DNA of 32,000 nucleotides, from assembly GCA_000296795.1 (NCBI GenBank), contig BAFH01000003.1, positions 1,747,290 through 1,779,289 on the forward strand, read 5' to 3'. Below, in pieces: positions 15,821-24,456 of this stretch. Below the pieces are notes generated by a model that saw only the letters and a list, made by a program, of their open reading frames with translations, did no database searches and was not told where the DNA came from. The translations under genes and the position numbers were made by a program. This stretch comes from Candidatus Jettenia caeni. GTDB lineage: Bacteria > Planctomycetota > Brocadiia > Brocadiales > Brocadiaceae. Positions within the stretch are counted from its first letter, which is position 1; each line of letters opens with the position of its first letter.

Positions 15821-17299
15821 ATGAAAAAACTCGTACTGATTAATCCTCATCCGGTTGGAAATGTTGGGGAAGAAAATGTTTCTGTGCTAAATCAGATGCC
15901 GGTGAATCTCGGTTATCTTAAGAGGTTGACGCCGCAGCATTGGCAGGTTGATATTATTGATGAGACCCAGGAGCTTGCTATTGATAGCGCAGGGAATATT
16001 ACTTTCAGTGGGGCAGATCTGGTGGGTATTACATCGGTAAGTTATCAGGCTCATCGCGCCTACCAAATAGCTACTGCCTGCAAAAAAAAAGGCATACCTG
16101 TCATTATGGGTGGAATTCATGCTACGAGCTATCCGGAAGAGGTTGCAAAATATGTAGATTGTGTTGTTACCAGAGAGGCTATAACAACCTGGGAAAAGAT
16201 ACTGGCTGATTTTGAAAATGGTGTTCTTCAAAAGAGATACGATGGTGATCTGACACCCATGGAGCTTTATCGTGATCTGAGGTCCGATAGGGAATATTTG
16301 AAGAATAAATACAAATATAGATATTCAGGCATCATAACGACGGCCGGATGTCCGTTTAGTTGCGAGTTTTGTTCTGTCCCTCAGTTTCAGGGTAAAAAAT
16401 ATCGGGAAAGGCCTATTGAAGATGTCCTGGATGAATTAGAATCCATTAAGGGTCAATATCGTGGCCTGATATTAACGGATGAAAACTTTTATGGCCATAG
16501 TAAAAAATCCAACGAGCGTGTTCGTGCACTTTTCAAGGGTATGGTGGAAAGAGGTATTTATCAAAATTGGTTTGGTTTTACCTCTCTTAATATTTACTCG
16601 GATGATGAAACCCTTGAATATATGGTCAAGAGCGGATGCGTTGGGGTGCTTATCGGAATTGAATCTATCAACGAAGAAGCCCTGAAAACCATGAATAAAA
16701 ATGTGAATTTGCGTATCTCAATAGAGAAGTACTTCGAGGCAATTGCTAACATCCGTAAACATGGTCTTGCTGTATGGGGGACTATGGTTTTCGGAAACGA
16801 TGCCGATACGCCTGAGACATTTAAGCAAGTTGCTGATTTTGTTTTAGATTCTCATGTAGATGTTATGACGTGCGGTATTTTATGCCCATTTATTAACACA
16901 CCGCTTTATCATAGGTTAAAAAGTGATAATAGACTTTTTCGGACAAATTTTCCTGAGGATTGGAAGTACTATACATCTCATCACCTTACCTATATCCTCA
17001 AGAATATGTCTCTCCAGGAGCTTATTGATGGCTTTCAGTATCTCTATGATAAAATTTATGCTACGGAGGTGTTACGACAAAGATTCCAGAATGCTAAGGA
17101 CGTGTTGAGCAAGAATATGAATGCCGCTATGTTTGCATTCAGGGTCAATTTAGATTGGCAGAACGTGTATCAACACTTGATCCAAAATTTAAAAGAATTG
17201 CAGGCATCGGGATTTTACGATGAGGTCCTGAAGCTCTATAATGAATCGGAAAGACAAGGGAAAAAGACATCATTGACGCCAATTGAGGTCCCATCATAA
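15821..17299 (+). CDS. B12-binding-domain radical SAM enzyme (class B-like)
   Basis: 492 aa. The N-terminal cobalamin-binding-type Rossmann region (LVLINPHP...ADLVGITSVSYQAHRAYQIATACKKKGIPVIMGGIHAT) is followed by the radical SAM cluster motif CPFSCEFC (CxxxCxxC). Confidence 0.85.
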   Translation: MKKLVLINPHPVGNVGEENVSVLNQMPVNLGYLKRLTPQHWQVDIIDETQELAIDSAGNITFSGADLVGITSVSYQAHRAYQIATACKKKGIPVIMGGIHATSYPEEVAKYVDCVVTREAITTWEKILADFENGVLQKRYDGDLTPMELYRDLRSDREYLKNKYKYRYSGIITTAGCPFSCEFCSVPQFQGKKYRERPIEDVLDELESIKGQYRGLILTDENFYGHSKKSNERVRALFKGMVERGIYQNWFGFTSLNIYSDDETLEYMVKSGCVGVLIGIESINEEALKTMNKNVNLRISIEKYFEAIANIRKHGLAVWGTMVFGNDADTPETFKQVADFVLDSHVDVMTCGILCPFINTPLYHRLKSDNRLFRTNFPEDWKYYTSHHLTYILKNMSLQELIDGFQYLYDKIYATEVLRQRFQNAKDVLSKNMNAAMFAFRVNLDWQNVYQHLIQNLKELQASGFYDEVLKLYNESERQGKKTSLTPIEVPS

Positions 17300-17358
17300 A
17301 ACCTGTCAATGATGGAAGCTTATTCTCATGGTCTTTTTACGTTATATTAACAATTAAC

Positions 17359-17409
17359 AGGTCAACGTATCCACGGGAGATGGGTGAATACGTTGACCTC
17401 TGTTGTTTT
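17359..17409 (+). terminator. Intrinsic terminator-like hairpin after the radical SAM gene
   Basis: Perfect 12-bp stem aggtcaacgtat (17359-70) / atacgttgacct (17388-99), a 17-nt loop, then ctgttgtttt. Confidence 0.55.
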
Positions 17410-17484
17410 ACCAGTTAGAATAGATACATCAGCAGCGTTCATAATTATAGAAAATAGCGCACGGACAAGAATGGAGCATAGGTT

Positions 17485-18138
17485 ATGCCATCTACAAAGG
17501 ATAGGGTTGATAATCTCGAGAGGGTACTTGAAGAATATATTAAAAATATCGGCAATGCTCAGATGCAGACCGAAAGAGAAATTCGGGAATTCAAGGGAGA
17601 GGTGAAAGAGTTTAAAGATGAGATGAAGGAGTTTAAAGATGAAATGAAGGAATTCAAAGACGAGATGAAGGAATTTAAGGATGAAATGAGGGAAGATAGG
17701 AGAAATATGAACAAAAAGTGGGGTGAAATTGCCAATAAAATGGGGACGGTGGTAGAAGATATCGTAGCGCCCAATATCCCACGGATTGCACAAGAATACT
17801 TTCAATGCGAAGATGCGGAATTTTTTGGGTTAAGGGTAACGAAAAGAAATTCAAAGGATAAATCAAGAAGCAGGGAGTTTGATATAATCGCTGTATACGA
17901 TGATAAGATACTTATAAACGAAACTAAATCTTCACCAAGTATTGATTACATCAACGAATTTACCGAGGTACTGAAAGAGGTTTACGATTACTTTCCCGAG
18001 TATAAAGGAAAAAGAATAATTCCTATATTTTCTTCCCTTTATATTCCGGAAAATGTGGTAACGTATCTTACCAAAGTGAAAATTTACGCCATGGCTATGA
18101 AGGATGATGGTATGGAGTTATTGAATCCCCATATTTGA
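17485..18138 (+). CDS. Coiled-coil protein with heptad tandem repeat and a C-terminal PD-(D/E)xK nuclease-fold-like domain
   Basis: 217 aa. The N-terminus contains (K/R)EFKDEM x5. The C-terminal domain has REFDIIAV...ILINETK, fitting a D...ExK restriction-endonuclease-like motif. RBS-like aggtt precedes the ATG. Confidence 0.6.
   Translation: MPSTKDRVDNLERVLEEYIKNIGNAQMQTEREIREFKGEVKEFKDEMKEFKDEMKEFKDEMKEFKDEMREDRRNMNKKWGEIANKMGTVVEDIVAPNIPRIAQEYFQCEDAEFFGLRVTKRNSKDKSRSREFDIIAVYDDKILINETKSSPSIDYINEFTEVLKEVYDYFPEYKGKRIIPIFSSLYIPENVVTYLTKVKIYAMAMKDDGMELLNPHI
17584..17694 (+). repeat. 21-bp tandem repeat (about 5 copies) encoding the heptad K-E-F-K-D-E-M
   Basis: Units start at 17584, 17605, 17626, 17647 and 17668. 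The copies differ mainly at synonymous positions (gag/gaa, ttt/ttc, aaa/aag, gat/gac). Confidence 0.9.
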
Positions 18139-18199
18139 TATAACGGGCAATCTCCTTTTGATAGATACGCATCAATTTTAAAAATATTCAAATGAGGTA

Positions 18200-19438
18200 T
18201 TGTTTCTGATTACTGAAAAAAATAAGTCAAAAGTGGTAATTACCGGATTAGGACTGGTTACCCCTGTTGGGATAGGTGTTCAAAAAAGTTGGGAATCCTT
18301 TATCCATGGCTGCGATGGAGCTAATGAGATGAAGTCGTTCGATACCTCCCAGTACAAGGTTCACCGTTCTTGTGAGGTAAAGGATTTTCATCTGGATGTT
18401 GAATTAGAGAATCAAATAAAGGAAAACACCATCCATAAATATGTTTATTATGCAGCCCGGGAGGCATTACAGGAAAGCGGTTTGTCGCATGATAAGAGCA
18501 GCTTCAATAAGGAACGTTTTGGTATTGCTATGGGAACCTTAGCTGCTGAATTAACACCTCATGAAAGACTTTTACGATTACATACCTCAAAAAAAGATAA
18601 CGGTTTTGATAAGATTGTTGCTGCTGTTTATCCTCCGAATTCTATTACGAATATCCTCGCTCAATATTTTCACTTTGAGGGGCCTACCATGGTCTCGCTG
18701 AATGCCTGTTCTTCAGGTAATCATGCCATTGCCTGGGCTTACGACCTTCTTATAGAGAATAAGGTAGATGTTGTAATGGTTGGCGGAGGGGATATGATCC
18801 CTCAAACGGAATTTACTCATTTCCATAATCTCAAAGCGCTTGCTCCTGAGCATTGTCAGCCCTTTGATAAAAACAGGCAAGGACTTATGATCGGAGAAGG
18901 AGCCGGTATCTTGATCATGGAACGTTATGAATTTGCCAGGAAAAGGGGGGCGGTTATTATTGCTGAAATGGCGGGTTATGGATTAAGCTGTGATGGATTC
19001 CATATGACAGCGCCTCATCCGGAGGGTGAAGGTGCTGTAAAATGTATGGGTGATGCGCTAAAAATGGCAAGGCTTTCTCCGTCTGATATCGGCTATATCA
19101 ATGCACATGGTACGGGTACGCCACATAATGATAAGGCGGAGACTATTGCTATAAAGCACTTGTTCAGGGATCATGCTTATAACATTCCCTGCAGTTCCAC
19201 AAAATCCATGATAGGTCATCTTATGGGTGCAGCGAGTGCTGTAGAATCTGTTATATGCTGCCTTGCATTACGATACGGAATATTGCCTCCAACAATTCAT
19301 TACCATACACCTGATCCGGAGTGTGACCTTGATTATATACCTAACAGGGCGCGGGAGTTAACCGTTAAGCATGTTTTAAATAACTCATTTGCCTTTGGTG
19401 GTAATAATGCTACCACGATATTCAGTAAAATAGAATAG
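18200..19438 (+). CDS. Beta-ketoacyl-ACP synthase (FabF/KS-alpha-like, catalytically intact)
   Basis: 412 aa. Active-site Cys in SLNACSSGNHAI, His in INAHGTGTPHND, and His in KSMIGHLMGAAS. TTG start at 18200; the exact start is uncertain (GTG at 18233 would give VVITGLG). Confidence 0.9.
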   Translation: MFLITEKNKSKVVITGLGLVTPVGIGVQKSWESFIHGCDGANEMKSFDTSQYKVHRSCEVKDFHLDVELENQIKENTIHKYVYYAAREALQESGLSHDKSSFNKERFGIAMGTLAAELTPHERLLRLHTSKKDNGFDKIVAAVYPPNSITNILAQYFHFEGPTMVSLNACSSGNHAIAWAYDLLIENKVDVVMVGGGDMIPQTEFTHFHNLKALAPEHCQPFDKNRQGLMIGEGAGILIMERYEFARKRGAVIIAEMAGYGLSCDGFHMTAPHPEGEGAVKCMGDALKMARLSPSDIGYINAHGTGTPHNDKAETIAIKHLFRDHAYNIPCSSTKSMIGHLMGAASAVESVICCLALRYGILPPTIHYHTPDPECDLDYIPNRARELTVKHVLNNSFAFGGNNATTIFSKIE

Positions 19439-19451
19439 TCTTCACATACTT

Positions 19452-20681
19452 ATGAAACGAAGGGTCGTAGTTACAGGAATAGGGATTGTATCACCTCTTG
19501 GATTTACCAAAGATGATTTTTGGAATAACCTCGTAGAGGGAAAATTGGGCATTGCGCCAATGACATCTCTTGATCTCTCACCATATACATGCAAGCTTGG
19601 CGGAGAGGTTAGAGACCTTCGTCCCGAAATCTATCTTGGCAATAAAGGTTTGAAGTACTTGCATAAAGGCACAAGGTTCTTAGGATCGGCCACGAAGATG
19701 GCGCTTGATGATGCAAAGTTACCGCAGGATAGTTCTTTATCGGATCAAATGGGTGTGGTTGTTGGATCGTCTTTAGGCAATTTTTCTGAAACAACAGATT
19801 ATTTCTATGAGATTATCAGAAATAATCCTTCAGAATTATCGCCGATGGTCAGCTATGATGTTGCATTAAATTCTTCAATTAACTACGTTTCTGTTACCTT
19901 TAAGATAAAGGGACTTGCACGGACTATATCAGCAGGTTTCACATCAAGCGCGGATGCGATAGGGAATGCATATGGTATAATTCAGCGAGATATGGCCAAA
20001 GTTATTATTGCGGGCGGGGTCGAGCAGATTTCTATCGATCTGTATCTCATATTTTATCTGCGAGGTCTCTTATCAGGTCTCGATGGCACAAAGGAGGCTG
20101 GTTTACCCTTCGATAATAAAAGGAATGGTTTTGTAATGTCTGAAGGCAGTTATGTGGTTATTCTCGAAGAGCTTCAGCATGCTCTGGACAGGGGAGCGCC
20201 TATCTACGCAGAAGTAAGAGGCTTTGGAAATACCTTTGTAGGTGGTAAAAATTATTCGAAAGAGGAAAGGGCGCGCCGTGTTGAAAGGGCTATGTACAGC
20301 GCCTTGGAGGAAGCAGATATTCAGAAAGAAACTATTGATCTTATCAGCGCAAATGCAAATGGATGCAAGATGCAGGATGCTATTGAAGCACAGGCAATCC
20401 AATCCTTTTATGGCTCAAAGGGCAATGATATTCCTGTCTCGGCAATAAAATCGAATATGGGTGAATCTTATGGCGCCGCAGGTGCTGCTCAGTTTATTTC
20501 TACTGTCATGTCTATACATACCGGCACAATACCTCACATCATCAATCACAACGAAAAAGACCCGAAAGTTAATCTAAATCTTATCCTGCAGAATCCCGTC
20601 AGGAAAGAAATTCAAAATGCACTGGTAAACACCATGGATTACGATGGAAATAATTCATGTTTGGTGATAAGTAAATTATGA
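19452..20681 (+). CDS. Ketosynthase paralog lacking the Cys-His-His triad (chain-length-factor / KS-beta-like)
   Basis: 409 aa with a KS fold (RRVVVTGIGIVSPLG...). Aligned by eye to the upstream KS, the catalytic positions read ISAGFTSSADAIG (Cys to Phe), ISANANGCKMQD (His to Asn) and KSNMGESYGAAG (His to Glu). The gene starts 13 nt after the KS stop. Confidence 0.85.
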   Translation: MKRRVVVTGIGIVSPLGFTKDDFWNNLVEGKLGIAPMTSLDLSPYTCKLGGEVRDLRPEIYLGNKGLKYLHKGTRFLGSATKMALDDAKLPQDSSLSDQMGVVVGSSLGNFSETTDYFYEIIRNNPSELSPMVSYDVALNSSINYVSVTFKIKGLARTISAGFTSSADAIGNAYGIIQRDMAKVIIAGGVEQISIDLYLIFYLRGLLSGLDGTKEAGLPFDNKRNGFVMSEGSYVVILEELQHALDRGAPIYAEVRGFGNTFVGGKNYSKEERARRVERAMYSALEEADIQKETIDLISANANGCKMQDAIEAQAIQSFYGSKGNDIPVSAIKSNMGESYGAAGAAQFISTVMSIHTGTIPHIINHNEKDPKVNLNLILQNPVRKEIQNALVNTMDYDGNNSCLVISKL

Positions 20682-22699
20682 GCAAACTGTTTGAAGAAAT
20701 ACCTGTCGGTCAGATGACAGTAAAAAACAGGATAATCATGTCTGCTATGGATTTGGGATTTACTTCTGACGGTACAGTGAATGACCGGATTGTTCGTTTT
20801 TATGAGGATCGTGCCAAAGGCGGTGTTGGCCTCATTGTTGTAGGTGGTTGTTATCCGGAAATGAATGGTAAGGTTTGGAAGAGTATTATTGGATTAGACA
20901 AGGATGAGCTTATTCCGGGATTACGAAGATTAACCGATACTGTTCATGCCTATCAGGTGCGTATCGCCGCTCAGTTGCTTCACGGTGGCCGCAGCGCCTC
21001 ATCCTTCTTTACAAAAATGCAGCCTGTTTCTCCCTCTCCCCTGGTGCACAGAAGTATCAAACAGGAACCGCATGCCCTGACAGTCTCAGAGATTAAAACA
21101 GTTATCGGTAATTATGTCAGCGCAACCGTAAGGGCAAAGAAGGCCGGCTTTGATGCCGTGGAGCTTCACGGTGGTATGGGATACCTCATTAATCAATTCC
21201 TTTCAAAGGCTACCAATAAGCGTGATGATGGGTATGGTGGAAGTCTTGAAAACAGGGTTCGTTTTGCCAGGGAAATAATAATCGCCATAAAAGAAGCCGT
21301 TGGGAAGGACTACCCTATCATCTTTCGGATGTCAGGAGATGATCTTGTTGCGGAGGGACTCAAAATAGATGAGAGTCTGGAAATTGCCCGGATGTTAGAG
21401 CAATCAGGCGCTGATGCCTTTAACGTATCTCCTGGCTGGCATGAGAGCAGAACGCCTATCCTATCAATGATTATTCCACGGATGGCTTATACCTTTCTTT
21501 CACAAAGAATCAAATCATGCGTAAAAGTTCCGGTAATTGCCTCAGTCAGAATAAACGATCTTACCCTGGCCGAAGAGGTCTTAGACAATGAGCAGGCAGA
21601 CATGGTATCCCTTGGCAGACCACTCATCGTAGACCCTGATCTGCCGAATAAATATAAAAACGGGCAATTTGATGATATCAGAACATGCATTGCCTGTAAT
21701 CAGGGTTGCTTTGATTCTTTGCTGAATTTTAAATCCGTTTCCTGTACGTATAATGCAATGGCAGGGCATGAAGGTGAGTATAAAATAATTCCATCAAGCA
21801 AACCGAAAAAGGTGGTGGTCATAGGCGGGGGACCTGCCGGTATGGAAGCTGCCCGTGTTTTGGCATTACGGGGACACAGGGTTACCTTGTATGAGAGGAA
21901 AAAACATCTGGGCGGTCAATTACGGTATGCCTTTATTCCTCCGGGACGTGAAGAAATACAAAATATTATTACCTACCTGGAAAAACAGATTTTCAGGCTT
22001 AAGGTACATATAAAAACCGGAAAAGAGGCTGATTTACAAATGTTACAGGAGGAACAACCCGATGCCATAGTTGTAGCCACAGGTGGATATCCTGTCATGC
22101 CTGATCTTCCCGGTATAAAAGGGAAACAGGTGTATACAGCAAGTACTATACTGGAGGGAAAAGTTTTATCGGGAAAGGACGTGGTCATACTTGGCGGTGG
22201 AACTGTAGGATGTGAGGTGGCGCTGCACATAGCCAAACAGGGAACAATGAGGCCTGATGTGGCTTGTTTTCTGCTAAAACACAAGGTGCTCAGCGACAGG
22301 GATGTCATTGAATACACTACCAGGGGAAGTAAGGATATCACCATTCTGGAAATGAAAAAGAAAATAGGTGGCGGATTTGGTATTTCCACACGATGGGTTA
22401 TTCTCAATGAGTTAAAAGACGCTGGGGTAAAAGAAATAACAGAAGTGCGGGTGAAGGAAATAATAAATAATGGCGAAAATGGCAGAAAAACGGAAGGCGT
22501 CGTTTATGAAAAGGGCGGAAAAGATTATTTTATCAGGGCCGATACCGTTATTATTGCTGTCGGGTACAGTCCTTATAACGCTATGCAAAAGCAGATAGAA
22601 GGAAAGTTTCCGGAGATATATTGTATTGGTGATTGCGTTAAGGTTCGCACTGCATTAGAAGCTATTCACGAAGGTTTTGAAGTTGCCTTAAAGATATAA
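20678..22699 (+). CDS. 2,4-dienoyl-CoA reductase-like flavoprotein (OYE FMN barrel + 4Fe-4S + FAD/NAD(P) domain; FadH family)
   Basis: 673 aa. OYE motifs are present (NRIIMSAM, RAKGGVGLIVVGG, ELHGGMGYLINQFLS..NKRDDGYGGSLENRVRF). Cys cluster CIACNQGCFD...C. Dinucleotide fold VVVIGGGPAGMEAA. The start overlaps the upstream stop codon (ATGA). Confidence 0.9.
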   Translation: MSKLFEEIPVGQMTVKNRIIMSAMDLGFTSDGTVNDRIVRFYEDRAKGGVGLIVVGGCYPEMNGKVWKSIIGLDKDELIPGLRRLTDTVHAYQVRIAAQLLHGGRSASSFFTKMQPVSPSPLVHRSIKQEPHALTVSEIKTVIGNYVSATVRAKKAGFDAVELHGGMGYLINQFLSKATNKRDDGYGGSLENRVRFAREIIIAIKEAVGKDYPIIFRMSGDDLVAEGLKIDESLEIARMLEQSGADAFNVSPGWHESRTPILSMIIPRMAYTFLSQRIKSCVKVPVIASVRINDLTLAEEVLDNEQADMVSLGRPLIVDPDLPNKYKNGQFDDIRTCIACNQGCFDSLLNFKSVSCTYNAMAGHEGEYKIIPSSKPKKVVVIGGGPAGMEAARVLALRGHRVTLYERKKHLGGQLRYAFIPPGREEIQNIITYLEKQIFRLKVHIKTGKEADLQMLQEEQPDAIVVATGGYPVMPDLPGIKGKQVYTASTILEGKVLSGKDVVILGGGTVGCEVALHIAKQGTMRPDVACFLLKHKVLSDRDVIEYTTRGSKDITILEMKKKIGGGFGISTRWVILNELKDAGVKEITEVRVKEIINNGENGRKTEGVVYEKGGKDYFIRADTVIIAVGYSPYNAMQKQIEGKFPEIYCIGDCVKVRTALEAIHEGFEVALKI

Positions 22700-22756
22700 C
22701 ACGTTTTTACCCCGGATAGACACAGACAAGCATAGATAACAATAAAGGTTTTGACA

Positions 22757-23563
22757 ATGAAAGATATCCGCATGAATCGTGGTGATAACTCCGGTTATGA
22801 TCACATTGAATCCGAAGAAATCAGGGCTCATAATGGTAAGGCCATCGGTATTATTTATCTGAAAAAACCTCCACGAAACTCTATAGGCTCATGGCTTCTG
22901 GATGCCCTCTATGATAAGATGGATCAGTATGAGGGTGATGAAAGAGTGGGCGCTATTATTATTGCCAGTAAACTAAGGGGCGTCTTTAGTGACGGCGCTG
23001 ACCGTGATGAGCTCTTTGGCACCTGGATATCGGGTCTTGTAGCTGATAAGAACTATGAACGGTTTCATCGCGCTCATGAGATGTTTGTGGAGATTGAAAA
23101 TTGTAAAAAGCCTGTTATTGCTGCCATAAACGGAGTTACGATCGGCGCTGGTTTAGAGCTTGCTATGCTGTGTGACCTGCGTATTGCGTCTGAACTTTCC
23201 TTTTTCAGCCTGCCAGAGGCAAAACCTGAACTGAGTATTATTCCCGGTCTTGGAGGTACACAGCGTTTGCCCCGTTATATCGGTATGGCGCGTGCTAAGG
23301 AGATGCTGTTTTTAGGAAAGATGATCCGTGCTGAGACCGCTTTGGAATGGGGTCTCGTTAATCAAATTTCACCTCATAAAGAGGTTATAAACCATGCCAT
23401 AGTTTTGGCAGAAACGTTGTTAGAACGAGATGCAAGGGCGCTCAAAGAGATGAAGAAATGTATCAATTTTGCGGGAGAGAACGATATCCTGAAAGGTATC
23501 GAATATGAGGTGGGTCTCTTTGCAGAGATGATGCGATTAAAATTTTCGAATAAGGGTAAATAA
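22757..23563 (+). CDS. Enoyl-CoA hydratase/isomerase (crotonase superfamily)
   Basis: The oxyanion/catalytic segments NGVTIGAGLELAMLCDLRIA and LPEAKPELSIIPGLGGTQRLPR retain both Glu positions. The ATG at 22757 (RBS aaagg 8 nt upstream) is preferred over the TTG at 22751. Confidence 0.85.
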   Translation: MKDIRMNRGDNSGYDHIESEEIRAHNGKAIGIIYLKKPPRNSIGSWLLDALYDKMDQYEGDERVGAIIIASKLRGVFSDGADRDELFGTWISGLVADKNYERFHRAHEMFVEIENCKKPVIAAINGVTIGAGLELAMLCDLRIASELSFFSLPEAKPELSIIPGLGGTQRLPRYIGMARAKEMLFLGKMIRAETALEWGLVNQISPHKEVINHAIVLAETLLERDARALKEMKKCINFAGENDILKGIEYEVGLFAEMMRLKFSNKGK

Positions 23564-23634
23564 GGCATATTTTTGAAAGCGCTTCCCATGTTTTTTACCT
23601 TATAGAGAAACGAACTAATCAAAAGGAGGTAATT

Positions 23635-24378
23635 ATGGAGTTCAAGGATACCGTAGCAATTGTTACGGGTGGTACCCGGGGTATAGGCAAGTCAATCGCA
23701 TTAGAACTGGCAAAAAACGGCTGCAACATAGCCTTTAACTACAATAAAAATACCGATGCTGCCCATCTTCTGGTAAAGGAAATTGAATCGATGGGTGCAA
23801 AGGCCATTTCTTTCCAGGTAAATGCAGCCAGTTTTGAAGGCGCTAAGAATATGGTAAAAGAAGTGAAGGATAGATTTGGAAAGATTGATTTCCTGGTAAA
23901 TAATGCCGGTATTACCCGTGATAAACTCCTCGCTTTAATGGCAGAGAATGATTGGGATGATGTTATCAATACCAATCTCAAAAGTGTTTATAATTTTTCT
24001 AAATCGGTGATTACCCAGATGATCAAGCAAAAATCAGGTAGCATCCTGAATATAACCTCAGTAAGTGGAATAACGGGAATAGCAGGTCAGGTAAACTATT
24101 CTTCCTCCAAGGCTGGTATGATAGGATTTACCAAGGCCCTTGCCAAAGAGGTGGGGAAGGCAAATATTACGGTAAATGCGATAGCCTGCGGCTTTATTGA
24201 AACAGACATGACGGCAGTTTTGCCTCAGGAATATAAGGATAAAATGATTGAGATGATTCCGGTAAGAAGATTTGGCACACCTGATGATGTTGCCAAAGCG
24301 GCGATTTTCCTGTTATCAGACCATGCTAAATACATTACTGGTCATGTAATTAGCGTCGATGGCGGTTTAGCAATGTAG
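23635..24378 (+). CDS. fabG: 3-oxoacyl-ACP reductase (short-chain dehydrogenase/reductase)
   Basis: 247 aa. TGGTRGIG cofactor motif, NNAG, catalytic S...YSSSK, C-terminal ITGHVISVDGGLAM. RBS aaggagg upstream. Confidence 0.9.
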   Translation: MEFKDTVAIVTGGTRGIGKSIALELAKNGCNIAFNYNKNTDAAHLLVKEIESMGAKAISFQVNAASFEGAKNMVKEVKDRFGKIDFLVNNAGITRDKLLALMAENDWDDVINTNLKSVYNFSKSVITQMIKQKSGSILNITSVSGITGIAGQVNYSSSKAGMIGFTKALAKEVGKANITVNAIACGFIETDMTAVLPQEYKDKMIEMIPVRRFGTPDDVAKAAIFLLSDHAKYITGHVISVDGGLAM

Positions 24379-24456
24379 AAAGAGAATGGGAGTCCTGATT
24401 CCTGCAGGAAACGTTACCGCACCGTTGCAACTATTGTAAATTGAAAGGTAAAGACT

